DNA of 64,000 bases from Ylistrum balloti (taxonomy: Eukaryota), in contig NW_026782164.1 of NCBI RefSeq assembly GCF_031769215.1, positions 372,001-436,000 of the forward strand. Direction: 5' to 3'. The translations under genes and the position numbers were made by a program. The notes beneath the pieces are model-generated. The model saw only the letters and a list, made by a program, of their open reading frames with translations. It did not search any database and was not told the DNA's origin. This document shows, piece after piece, positions 1-13,449 of this stretch; within the stretch, counting starts at the first letter, position 1, and each line of letters opens with the position of its first letter.

Positions 1-871
1 TTATAAAAGTCTGTACGATGATCGAAATTAAAATTGAAGGAGTCAGTACTTTGGTCTCTAATTTTTAAGCATTCTATTACCTGAACAATGGGAGACATAC
101 ATAAATGATTCGCAAACAAATACAAATGGATGACAAAACTAAGTAACCAGTCTAGGTATACCTGTACGAATATTTTCATTTTATGAGATGCATTTGCAAT
201 GTACAATCTTGCTTTACTTTATTTTCAACAAATGAAAAAGGTAAAAGAATGGAATTGATATAACTTTATTTTGTATTAGCGACGGTGCCATATATACATA
301 AGGAAATTAATTGCAACTGCAATAAAACGCCTGTTACGTGGAAGTATATCTGCCTAGTTTTGATTATGTAAAACTCCACGTTGTCCATTCAGTGTTTACA
401 TGCAAATGTGTTGTCCATATTATTACAATTATTATTGTTATCTGAATGGCCCCTCAACACATAAAAAGGTCATTAGGGCCATAAACAGGTGAAACACAGC
501 GATTCAAAAGGAAATAACATCAAACAAACTAAAAGGTTAAAAGACAAATGCTACAAATCTTAAATGGTTATATTATCATAAAAGATTGGTAAGTCATAGT
601 GTATATCATAGACCAACATCTTTAAGATAACCTAAAAATTTATAAAAAGTTTCAAACAGTGTCTTTAGCGTTATCCATCAGAAATATCCGACATCAACAT
701 CTCTGATACATACGATTCTGCAATATAAATATGATTAATCAACAAAATCACTTAAATGTTTGTAAAAACAAATTTTGTTGTAGGAAAGAACCTTTACTGC
801 AAGAGTCATGATACTTGACATGGTGTTTGCAACCAATCGCATCTTAAAATTGTAAAATCTCAGTGGGCCTG

Positions 872-2110
872 GGTGTTCGCCATTAGATGACACTGGACTC
901 AGTGGGCCTGGGTGTTCGCCATTAGATGACACTGGACTCGGTGAGCCTGGGTGTTTGCCACTAGATGAGACTGGACTCGGTGGGCCTGGGTGTTTGCAAC
1001 TAGATGAGACTGGACTCAGTGGGCCTGGGTGTTTGCAACTAGATGAGACTGGACTCGGTGGGCCTGGTTGTTCGCCATTAGATTACACTGGACTCAGTGG
1101 GCCGCGACATTCGCCATTAGATGACAGTGGACTCAGTGGGCCTAGATGTTCGCCATTAGATGACACTGGACTCAGTGGGCCTGGGTGTTTGCCACTAGAT
1201 GACACTGAACTCAGTGGGCCTGGGTGTTCGCCATTAGATGACGCTGGACTCGGTGAGCCTGGATGTTCGCCAATAGTTGACACTGGACTCAGTGGGCCTG
1301 GATGTTCGCCATTAGATGACGCTGGACTCGGTGAGCCTGGATGTTCGCCATTAGATGACACTGGACTCAGTGGGCCTGGATGTTCGCCATTAGATGACAC
1401 TGGACTCAGTGGGCCTGGGTGTTTGCCACTAGATGACACTGAACTCAGTGGGCCTGGGTGTTCGCCATTAGATGACGCTGGACTCGGTGAGCCTGGATGT
1501 TCGCCAATAGTTGACACTGTTCTCAGTGGACCTGGATGTTCGCCATTAGATGACGCTGGACTCGGTGAGCCTGGATGTTCGCCATTAGATGACACTGGAC
1601 TCAGTGGGCTAGGGTGTTTGCTACTAGATGACACTGGACTCAGCGGGCCTTGGTGTTCGCCACTAGATGACACTGGACTCAGTGGGCCGCGACATTCGCC
1701 ATTAGATGACACTGGACTCAGTGGGCCTGGGTGTTCGCCACTAGATGACACTGGACTCAGTGGGCCTGGGTGTTTGCCATTAGATGACACTGGACTCAGT
1801 GGGCTAGGGTGTTTGCTACTAGATGACACTGGACTCAGCGGGCCTGGGTGTTCGCCACTAGATGACACTGGACTCAGTGGTCCTGGGTGTTCACCACTAG
1901 ATGACACTGGACTCGGCGGGCCTGGGTGTTCGCCATTAGATGAGACTGGACTCAGTGGGCCTGGGTGTTCGCCATTAGATGAGACTGGACTCAGTGGGCC
2001 TGGGTGTTCGCCATTAGATGAGACTGGACTCAGTGGGCCTGGGTGTTCGCCACTAGATGACACTGGACTCAGGGGGCCTGGGTGTTCGCCACTAGATGAC
2101 ACTGGATTTA
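872..2110. repeat. 39-bp minisatellite, about 32 copies
   Basis: Unit AGTGGGCCTGGGTGTTCGCCATTAGATGACACTGGACTC repeated in tandem. It gives a 13-aa periodicity in the ORFs 955..2115 (+) and 1083..2102 (-). Confidence 0.97.
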
Positions 2111-3589
2111 ATTAAGTTTAGAAAAGTTTAGGTATATAATCTATAAACTGACCACGCAGTTTCCACTGACCTCTACCACAATGCCTGACAAGATTTAGCA
2201 TGTCGATAGTTGGATTGGAGGACGCCCAAATATTTTATGTTACGTGGACCTATAATCCACGGTACAAGGGATGAATGTGTTGCATGTTCAGATAAATTTT
2301 AAATCGTGGAGAAAGGTCGTAAGATAACATGGCTGTTCCTAAAAGGGACACGTTTCCCATATTCGACACAGCACCAACATTTTGAAATACAAGTGCATAG
2401 TAACTTTTGAAAATGAAAATTTGATATACTTGTAGTCGACAGGAGCGATTCTCTATGTCTACCTGTTATGTCTTGCTTCTGAACAAAATTTGAAATTCAG
2501 AAAACTGAAAGTAAAGTTGGGGAAAAGATACTGTGCAACAACAGGAAAATCAATTCTTGTATTTTTTTTTTTTTTCTTAATAAACTGATGAATTGTCCCA
2601 TTTTCGGTACTTTCCCCCAAAATTACAAATTAACCTGGTTCGTTATAAAGAAACACATGCATAGACTGACAGGTTAAGGTGTCTTGTTAGAGTGATTTAG
2701 AGTTGATCAACTAAGTACAAAAATGCGAATATTTACATTAAAAAGTGTTAAAATTTTAGTAGTGTGCATTACATTCCTTGTGCACAATACAGGCTTCTAG
2801 ATCGCAGTGATAAAAATGTGTCTGGGACACTGAAAATGCCATTAGAGCTGATATTGATCTGAGTTATTGTTTGCCAATGTTATGTTGGTTTCCAGTCTTC
2901 TCTTTAATTACCGTGGTCGGTATGTATGTTATGTCACGGACGTCCGATTTTTCGGATCGTCTGACTGGTAGCATGCAGCGAAGGCACATTTCAGAATTAT
3001 GTACTGCAAACCAACTTCTATTTGTGCATTTTCTCATTTGAAAAGAATTGATGATAATTAGCAATTATATTGTACGTGTTGACCGCAATAAACTTGTGAT
3101 TAGGAAATTGTGCAAAATAGTTGAGTATGCACATAAACTTACCTCTTCTAGTATAACGTTTGACAGTTATGATATTGAATTAAGCAGCTTTGTAAGTCTG
3201 CCATTTAGATTTTGACATTTTTTTCTATCATTTTTTCCGTCGCTTTATTTTAATGTGTTCGGCAAAGTAATGGGATTTCAGATGCAGTACAGTTGAATTT
3301 AAAAGGTTCTGTATACAGAGAATACAAATTAAAATTAAAGAAATTTTGGAGCGTTCAGTTGATGAACGATCTTATTCACATATATAAGACCAAATGAATT
3401 AAGGAGAAAACGTTAATGACTTGTTCCATCACTGACAATTCTGAACGATTTGATAGGTACATGTTACTATGTACTACACTCCTTGTCTACTACGAAAAAT
3501 ATTTCTTATGTGTGAGTTGCTACCCCTTGTCCATAATTTGGAAATTATTTCCACCCTAGACATTCCATAGAATGGAGATGAGAACATTT

Positions 3590-4050
3590 CAAAGTCAAAA
3601 TCTAATATGGTCGCCTTTTCAGCCACTTTATTTTTCTTATCAGTCCCGAAATCTAAACGACATAACAGACCAAAGGGAACCTACCAATGAAATTTGGGAA
3701 AGATCCACCTGCTACTCATCCAGAAATAATGATAAATTATGACTGTCAAAAACCAAGATGGCTGCTTGTCGATAATTTTTGTTTTCTCATTAATCTCAAA
3801 ATGGACTGTGACCAAGTAGGGACCAAGGTGAACCTTCATATGGTATTTCAAAATAATCCGTTTGATGTTTTCATGAAATAGCGATAACGATTTATTACTG
3901 TCAAAATTCAAGATGGCCGCCTTTCGGCCATACAATTTTTCAGATCAGTCCCAAATCCAGACAATGCACACTTAGGAGCCAAGTGAAACCGACATATGAA
4001 ATTTCTGAATGATCCACTCTCTTCTTCTGAAGAAATAGCGATAAGGACCA
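3590..4050. repeat. Degenerate array of about 150-bp units, probably the internal repeats of a non-autonomous element
   Basis: The motif AAAA..AAGATGGCYGC/ATATGGTCGCC recurs near 3597, 3748 and 3901, each followed by similar GAAAT..GA(A/T)GATCCAC..GAAATA.GATAA blocks. Confidence 0.5.
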
Positions 4051-7000
4051 TTACTATTAGAATCATGTTTGGAATTTTGACATTTTATATCAATTATACA
4101 ATGTAAACTTATCGCTTATTGATTGGTCTTCTATAGAAAGGACTTTTCAATACATTATTTACCTCACATCAAATCTACGTTAATTATTGAATGAAAAAGC
4201 TAACAATTTACACATATAAAAAGTACATTGTATCACAAACGTCTATGAAAACACTAACAAGTTCAAGGTGGAAAAATTGGATAACCGAGGTAAAGAGAAC
4301 TACGAAAGCTTATTTAACCATTTTGAAAAACAACAAAATATTTTTTTTTGTTTAAACGCGATAACTTTCATCACGTTTTAACGCGTAAGAGAAAACGAAC
4401 ACGTTATTACGAGATAGCAAAATAGATTTAACGAGAAAACTGCCAAGTTAATACGAGGTGATTATCACATTAAAGCAAGGTAATTATAATATTCTTTAGT
4501 TTTCTTCTGTTATTTCACAATGATATGTCACTTCTCTTGTTGCCTATCCACGTAAAAATATTTCTGAGTGGCCTCGGTACCATGATATTTACCAGTGATG
4601 ATTTCTATTGCTTTCTATAATGGTTTTTGAAAAAGTGCATCAACCGGAGAAATTTGCGATTTACTGATATTCGATCAGTGTCTCCACAGAGCTTTTAATA
4701 TCAATAACATAGAAAACTTGGATGTAAGTATTCTTTGTAAATAGTATAATTAAATCTGCCTAAAAATAACTGGGTTTAAAGTAAGGAACAGTTAAACACA
4801 TGCTATAAAGTTTGCTGAGTAAAGGTCAGGAAAGCAATGCATTATCAAGGCATGTCACTCAGTCTAGACGTGTTCATCAAATGCACCTTGTGTACACTTC
4901 GGTAGTTCTAGACGCCAAATAATAAACATGTATGTACTTTACATTAAAAAAATGTTAATAAATTAAACGTGTTCTTATTATTATACGTCCGGAGTAATTG
5001 CAATTGTGTAGTGCAGGATTTCAAGATTGTAGAAAATGTCTTGATGAACCAACAATGTCTTCTATGTAAGCTGTAGAGTACTTGAGCAATTTATTTTAGT
5101 CCTTTTTTTGCCTATTTCATATATAGGTCTTTATATTCAGATGACTGTTAAGCCCCATGGGCCTGTTGTTCTGTTCCGTTTTTGTCCGTCGTCAAGCGTC
5201 GTCTCATTTCTGTCTTCTCGAAAACCACCATAGTGATTTCTATAAAATTTCATAGAATGGTGACATTGTGAATGAGAAACTGAAATTGCAATTGTACGAA
5301 TCCAACTCTAATGGACATGAAGGTCGATGCAAAAGTGGAAAATTGAATATACTTAAAGCCCATTTTCAGCAGACCGAATTACTTCATCATAAAACCCCCA
5401 TGAACTTAATAGCCCGTCCCACTGTGCTTTGTCAAAATTGCAAATTTCATAGCCCACTCGCTGCCCGTCTCCTGTAAGGAGGGGGTAAATATTAGGATAT
5501 TTCTTATAGGAAACTAACACTTTTGAGTATATTTCGTTTATTTTTAACGAGAAAAAAACCTTGGTCAGAATTATTGCAATCACATGTAAACTTTTGATAA
5601 TATATAAAAAGTAGACCCCAACCCTCAGGCGTGAAGGGTGGCTCAGAAGGGAAATTAGCTTATATTTAAAAAAAATCTTCGTAAGACTGGGATACAGTAT
5701 AACAATAGAAGGCCTCTTCAATGGATGGAAAGGTCTCCAGTGGCTTCATCAAAATTGTTAATTTGATTATCACGGCAAGGGTGGATTTTACACAAGAATA
5801 TTTGAAATTACTGCAACATCTATGTTTTGCTTGTCATTGATATAAATAGTACACATTGACGCCCAAACTTCTGCGAGAAATTGTGAAGGTTTTGTGAAAG
5901 TGGTAAAAATGCTTCTTTCAGAACATTTTTTATTTCATGGAATGAGTTCACAAACTCATTATTGGTCGCCATTTGCTGGCCACGGATTCGTCGAAATTTC
6001 AATATTGTTGGGTCTTTATGAAATATGGTACGTAGATGTATCATGCTACATCGTCATGCTGCTTTAATATCACATCTACTTGATTTATAGCGATAATCAC
6101 AGACAACAAACGTTAATCTAAATGTCAGCATGTCATTTCGGTAGTAATAGACAGGTCATTATAAACCTCCATTAGGTTACCAAATACCAAACTCGTGCAG
6201 AATGTAGGGCGTGTCAATGTGCATCGCCGTGATTGATACAGGATTTAGGAATTAATCTTGTAATCATGAAGACTATATCAATTCACAGCAAAGGAGGTGC
6301 TGTAAAGTTTTTCATTTATTCAAAATTTCGCGGTTTTACAAAAATTTGGTACACAAGGGATATATTTATCACAAAAGGCTTGAAATAGACTACTGTTTTT
6401 CTTTCTTTTATTCATTTACAAAGTGTTTTTTTTCTTTTTTTTCATAGTTTCATTCCATCCTCAAGAATTCGCCGGAACTCCTCAACATTTGTTTTCAGTA
6501 GTGATAGTGTCCATTATCTCCTTTCTTTGCTAGTTAAAACTCATTCGTCAGATAAAGTGAAGGCCATTTTTCATTTCGTATATTCAGGCATTTTCGCGGG
6601 AATGATATTTTTCGCTATTACGCGGTATATGAACGTGATCGCAAACATTAATTTGAGAGATAATGAGACGTTATGGGTTTAAGAGATTCTTTTACATCCG
6701 TATTTGATTCGTTAAAAATTAAGAAAGTTTTGATCTGTGAAAATCACTAGCTATCTGTTATTTAATATAAAATATCAAACTGGTATTTTTTATCAACATT
6801 TTTAATGACGACAGTAACAACGACACGATTGTTAGTGATATATGCAGCTCTTTAAGATTCAACAATATGAGATTATAGGATATAGAACGAAAATTACAAA
6901 AGAGATAGATATTTTTCGTAATCAATAAAAGGCTTTCTCATTTAGTTGACGCAATGTAAAAAAAAAAAAAAAAAAACGATATTTTAGCGTCACTACCATA

Positions 7001-8107
7001 AACAACATGGCATGTTTAGCAACAAGTTGGTATTTAAGAGGGCGAATGCCTGAGCTAAATATTTCGGAAAAAATGGACCTTACCCCTGTCTTATAAGTCT
7101 GCATCCGCTCAGCAGAATGTTGGTTACGGTATCAAATAATATCGAAAATTATCAGTTATCATTGTCTAAACGCTTAACGAACAATTAATTGTGATCAACT
7201 TGCTCATATTGATAGTTTTTTATGTCTTTAAATCTTAAAGCTATAAACAGAACATCAAAATCATTTGGTGTGTCAATCTAAATTATGTATTTATATTTTA
7301 TAAGTATATTCTAGACATGAAATAAATCGTTGTTTTGCTGGTTGTTGATGTATGAAGACATGACTCATTTGATTATAAAATGTCAAACAATCTTCTTTTT
7401 TTGCAGATTCTTCAATTTGATTTCTGATCAATATTCTCTGTACATATATGAAATATCCCATTTATTTCGCAAAAAAAGTTTTAGTAACCCCGCCTCCATT
7501 ATTTTATTATGCTACATCAAAGGCTCTGACTGGGCTCGTTTTTCCTATAAAATTGTCAAATGCCTTTTGTCGTTATTGACTTTTAAATTGTTCGAAGACC
7601 TGTGAACTTGCCAGAAGTCGTAAGTAGATTCCGTGTTTTTACTTCCTAACATATGCTACTTTGATTATGTTGTATAAAGATATTGTATGGCAAAGTATGG
7701 CATTTAAATTGGCAAGGTGTTAACCTTTCTAAAGTCACATAGACTATTAGCATTTAGCATAAGTCGGAGTAACAGGCACATCATATTAACGTCATTAAGT
7801 CATTAAGCACTGCACAGGATCTGTCTTGTATTATATCTGGTCTTTAAAATGTTTTTTCCTATCAAGGTTTTACTTTTTATAACAAGCAGATTTTTTTTTA
7901 TCAGGATAACCTTTTTTGTCCTTAACTCTTTTCCTTATCCTTGTTATATTTTATGGTTTCTTGATACACACAACTGATATTATACCATGGTTAAAATAAA
8001 TACTGTATGATGTAGTTATTAACTACCATATTTTGCCATATTTTATCAACCATTTGTTTAAACAGGAAACCAGTATAACTATGCAATTTGCAGTACTTTG
8101 TAGGACC

Positions 8108-10264
8108 ATGATGTTCCACGCATTAATGACGTATTTGGTTGTGATCGTGTTTGTCGCAGGAAGGCCTTCGGTAAGGTGACAAACAATATTGCGATTTAAT
8201 ATATATGAAAACAAACATGTTATCCGTTTGTGTATCTTTTGTATAAATGTTTTTGAGTAGCAGTCCGCGAGGTTTGCCGTTACATGCATGCCACAATTTA
8301 ATCCATACACATGTACTTGCCGTTCATCGAAAATTGCAAGATATATGAAATTTACAAAAAAAGTGAATTATGGGTCTAATTCACCTATCTAGGCTTTCTT
8401 TCGATCACTTTGGAATTTTCTCAGTAACGTCCTAGTTTTAAGGTTTTGGTCCTTAGAAACACTGACGGGTCCTTGAAGGACGAAACAGCTGTGAGTTACA
8501 ATTAAATTCATTATTTGGTTCTACTGTATCTCATCTAAATTTATGAAATGGTGTTATGCATTTTTGTGTGATATTTTTTATAATCTTTAATTGTGGTTTG
8601 AAAAAGTAAAAAAAAAATCTTGCAAGAAAGAATGATTTTACTCAAATTAATTTTTGTTGCTCAATTATGTTACAAATAAAGACTAAAACATAAATGTTTA
8701 AAATAATTGCATCAGATTAAACCATCATATAGTCCAGTATTATAATCCAAGATACGCTTATGATATCAATGTGTTTAGTGTGACTGTGGTGACGAATATG
8801 ACCCGTGGTGTGGAGACGAAGGGACCTACAGCAACCTCTGTCAATTGGAGTGCGCGTTAGTATATTGCAAAATCTAATATAACCTGTCCGAACATACCAG
8901 TGTTTTTTGTACGGAAGTATCTTGATATACACATGAAACCTATTTGATAAGCAACATGAAATCGTTTCGTGTGTATTAACTGATTTAGTCAATGTTCACA
9001 AAAACTCTTATGTATGTACACTGTCTGATTTTAATAGGATATGTACATGTACCTTGAGCTGCTCGTAATAAATTACGATGACTCGGCTTATTCAGTGTCG
9101 AGAAAAACAAAAATACTTGTTTTAAACCTTGCTGTCATATTTACTATGCTGATGACACTGCTCACTATAACACGCAGTAGGAGATATGCATTGTGGTACG
9201 GTTCAGAATATACACGTATACTTGACGCTGTTCTAAAATTATCTGATATATGAAAATTACAAAATCTATATAATTATGGGACTAACGTACCTCCCCTTTT
9301 AGATTTTGACTTTTCTTTCGGTCACTTTCGATCTTCCTAATTCGCCTTCTAATCTTCATATTTTAGGCCCTCAGCATCACTGGCGAGTCCTAGAAGTATG
9401 AAACAGCTATATGATGCAGTTTCATTCACTCTTTGGCTCTACTGAATAAAAGTATAAATTATTAAAAGGTGCTGTTCACGTGTATACCTTTGTACAATCC
9501 ACATGTATATAGATGACTGAAAATGAATTCATTTTTACGGTCTGTTTTTTACTCCAGGGGTGACGAAATAGAAGGCCATGACACGTGTGAAAATATCGAG
9601 GTAAATGGTATAATTTATTGCTGGAAAAGGTTTAAATTAATTCTGTTAAATTTTCTATTTTTTTGCTTTCTGAAGACATGATAATCATGAAATACAACAA
9701 TATGAGGATTTTGCAGCAGCGCTTTATTATTATGTCGGTAAAAGAAATATATAACACACATTTGAATAAAATCATCATACTGAAACATGGAGATTATTTT
9801 AATTCAGCTATTTATAATATTCTATTCCAAATTATTTGTTCGCATGTATTTATAAATTTGACTACATTATAGAAATGTTTGGATAATTTACCGGACATAA
9901 ACGACGGACCCGAAGTTTGTGCCGAACATGGTATTACATTCGACAGTATACAGGAGATGAAATGCCAGTAAGAAATCATGAATATGAATAGACTTCCTTC
10001 ACAAAAATAATTGCCCTTTTTAATGCGTTTTTATTTCCATAATATTAAAAGGTAATGTACAGTTGTGAAGATTTTCATAATAGGTTAATGTGACAAAGTT
10101 GCATATTTCGAAAAACTTTCGGTGTCAATTTCGCTAAAATATTCTAGTTTATGTGTATGTATACTGTAAAGTTTGTTAACTACAGTATTGGTAACATGTT
10201 TTGCTTATTTTCACTTTGTAACAGTAAATTGTGTTTGGTGCACAATGGTGAGTGTGAAAACTGA
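8108..10264 (+). CDS. Secreted acidic double Kazal-type protease inhibitor-like protein, paralog 1 (105 aa); exons 8108-8170, 8779-8855, 9558-9600, 9873-9967, 10225-10264
   Basis: All introns are GT-AG with compatible phases 0,2,0,2. Translation: MMFHALMTYLVVIVFVAGRPS-CDCGDEYDPWCGDEGTYSNLCQLECA-GDEIEGHDTCENIE-KCLDNLPDINDGPEVCAEHGITFDSIQEMKCH-KLCLVHNGECEN*. It has a signal-peptide-like N-terminus, Kazal cysteine spacing and the same exon structure as the paralog at 20518. Confidence 0.9.
8462..8493 (+). ncRNA. Degenerate minimal hammerhead-ribozyme-like motif in Kazal paralog 1 intron 1
   Basis: CTGACGG-GTCC-TTGAA-GGAC-GAAAC-AGCT-GT-G: core boxes, a perfect 4-bp stem II and a palindromic stem III. 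It departs from consensus at A9 (G) and at H17 (G). Confidence 0.5.
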
Positions 10265-13200
10265 GGAGAGAGTAGAACCAGGGACATCACTGTGGTATGT
10301 CGTTACAATAAAATGTCTCGTACATGTAACTGCAGTTTGAACTGAAATATGGTGTTTTTTTCTAAGGTTAACTGAGATAATTTATCATTATTCTAGTTCA
10401 TTACTTTGAATGAGTTCATGTCATCTCCTATTGATTCATGATTATTCAGAATTCCACATAAAGCGTTGCTCCATTTTACATTGGTACTTTAGAAATTGCA
10501 AATTCAATATTTACCGTTATACTTCGATGTTGTTTAAAAACCAGAAATACTACCATTACAGTTTTATCGATATCTGGTGTAACAAGCTATATATTTTTCT
10601 GTTTAGGTAGCGCCCGTGAATATCAGGAGCATGTGATGGTTATACTAGGCACATCAAAATATCAATTATGGTTGGAATACTGAATAGTGATTCCAATAAA
10701 ATATATCTTAAAGCTGCAAATGATTTCTTTCCTTTCATTTTTTATTTCTGTCACAAACAACGAAAAACAGAAGCTCTGTAATAAACTGGATCGTATATAT
10801 ACACGTGGGTTGTTAACTAGGCCACTTAACACACATGAAATGAAACAAATGAACGGAATTATGTCAGAATTTTTATTTTGCGGTTACCCTACTTAAATAA
10901 TTAAAATGTTATCTTGAATTTAAAAATACACAAAAAGTATGAAGTGAAAGTGGGAATAATGAAGTTTTGTTATTATATATACGGTTGTGGTTAAGTAAGA
11001 GATTACATCTTTTAACAAGGAAAATAAACGGTACATTTTGATGACGTCTGGTTGTTACAGACTCGTGTTCATTTGTCCTTTACTGTGATCTTAAGAAACA
11101 ACAAAAAACAAAAAACAAAAAAAAAAAAAAAAAAAATACCAACAAAACAACAAAGGTATCCTCCAAACTCAAATTTGATAAAATTAGGACAAACTATTGG
11201 CAAAAGAAAGATTTATACGGAGACTGCCGAAAATATACAAGGAGAGTAAGACCAGATGTTCCTGAAGAATAAGCATAAATCGTGGTCAGTCCAAGCAGGT
11301 GAAGTTATCAAACAGGGACGCAGTAACCAACAATGGACACCAGTTGCCGACATCTCACACGAAAATCGCAATATTGAGAACAAGACTATGGATATCTTTT
11401 CAACTGCGACACGTTATTACTATAGGCTTGGGATGCAGGGTAGTTGTTAATGGAAAATTTACAATAATGAAATTGAAACCATCAGGTTTAAAACACACAT
11501 CTTCTTACATTTATTTGATAACGTGGACTTCGCCTTTCTCGGTAACAGTAAATTCGCTTTTCCAAATACTATATTTATATGTTGCATCTTTCTTTTTTTC
11601 GATATTCGACGAATTACTCTTAATATACAAGTAATGACATTCCCATGTCTGACTGAACCTAACAGAAAATTTCAACAGGCTTACTTGTCATAATTTTGTC
11701 CTAGGCTTCAGTAGTTTACTCCTTTCACATCAATGGCGAGTCCTAGAAGGACGAGTAGCAGTATGGTGTACTTTTATTCTTTATTTTGCAGTATTATATC
11801 AGCTGTATATATCAGCTTTTTACAACATTAAACAACAGGTTTCATCTATGACACTTAAGATTACTTAGTCTTTCGTAGAAGTTAGCTTAGTGATTATATA
11901 CTTATACTTTGTAATGGTCTTCGTATAGCATTGCTTTTATTTCATAGCGTTTTGAATTATCCACCCGGCTCTATGTAGTAATACTTATGTGTTATACGTA
12001 GCACACGGACGAATTTCCCAACAAAATCTTATGTTTACTTAAGATGACAAATACAATTCGAATGAGAAGTCACGACATTATCATTCATCATCGCAGTTAA
12101 TTTCCCTCACTAAATTTATTCATTGGACACTCATTAATATCTTTTACCTGCAATCGTAAAAAAAGTTATACACATATTAACCATTAAGAACTGAATGACA
12201 GGGACCAAAGTTTAAACCTACTGCATTGTTGCACACTTGAAGATAGTGTGTAATGAATCACTCTGTCATATTACCTGTATGTTTGATAATAGATGACGTA
12301 ATATATATCACTGATCTACACCTTGTAATAAGATATCTAAACTAGAGTAAATGTACTTTATCCTCTAACTATACCTGTTCCTCGTAATTGCAACACTCAT
12401 ACCTTTTCAAAAGCTCAATTACATAATATGTTTAGAGTTAATGTTAACAGTATCCGTACTTTTTACCCATATATATTCACATTGTCGTACTATTATCTTC
12501 ATGCTTGACTTCATTAGCGAATTGGAATCTGTTGATTCTGTTTCACATATTCAATACAATAAAATTATTAATTGATGTCAGCTGGTAAACTCCCGAAGCT
12601 CCCACGTGTATTCTGAATCCTGACAAGTCGTGTCTGCCGGCTGATCTATTTTATGTAACCTCGCCTTATTCAAGTGCAAAACAATTAAAGTTATTAACTT
12701 TACAACAAAATACATATATCTAGATCATGTTTCTTCTAAACATGTTATAAGTGTCAAACTGTATCCAAAGAAATATCGCCCACTCATATTCTGACATGAC
12801 ATGAAAATACATTCAATCAGGCCAACAAAACTTAATCAGAAAACGAAATTCCTATCATTGTTATCTTTATACTAAATCGAATAACAAACAAATTAGATAG
12901 ATAAGTGATAAACATTTTTGCATATTTTAGAATTATATCTATACATGTCTATTCTGTTAATACCAGTTGTGTTAAATATCATCTGACGCGATCAACAGCT
13001 TTAATATTAATGGGAGAAATGATTTATGCGGAGATGTAGTTTAAGATGATGTAATACATATTTGTACCGAGAATTAATAAAAAAATATGATCGAGGAACA
13101 TATAAATCGTGATATGTGTTTGATCAACAGAGACAGGTAGGTGTAACACCATTACAGATCAATCGCTGGAGACATTTACGTGTTCGAGGCCATCACAGTA

Positions 13201-13449
13201 AACATTTACGTGGCTAGAGATGTATTATCTTCATGGTATCTAAGATCGTTGTCCCTGTTAAGTACAATTAACGTAATATCTATGTGTTAATGACATATAT
13301 CAGGAAGGTTTGTTGATTCGGGAAGGATAAATCCATCTTTTGAAGGAATTTCGATCATCTTTGTTAATATATTTATGTACATTAACTTTCAAACAACTAT
13401 AACTCGTTCATTAATTGCCATTTTTGATAAATTAATAAGTCCCTGCATC

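Noticed and set aside
872-2110. CRISPR-like appearance of the regular repeat arrays
   Set aside because: They are contiguous tandem units with no unique spacers and no cas genes, in eukaryotic DNA.
9041-9253. 70-aa ORF with a hydrophobic stretch resembling a signal peptide
   Set aside because: It lies inside intron 2 of Kazal paralog 1; the true signal exon is 8108-8170, homologous to that of paralog 2.
9375-11749. 22-bp match CATCA(C/A)TGGCGAGTCCTAGAAG at 9375 and 11728, suggesting a third Kazal copy
   Set aside because: No Kazal exons were found around 11.7 kb; it is more likely a fragment of a dispersed repeat.
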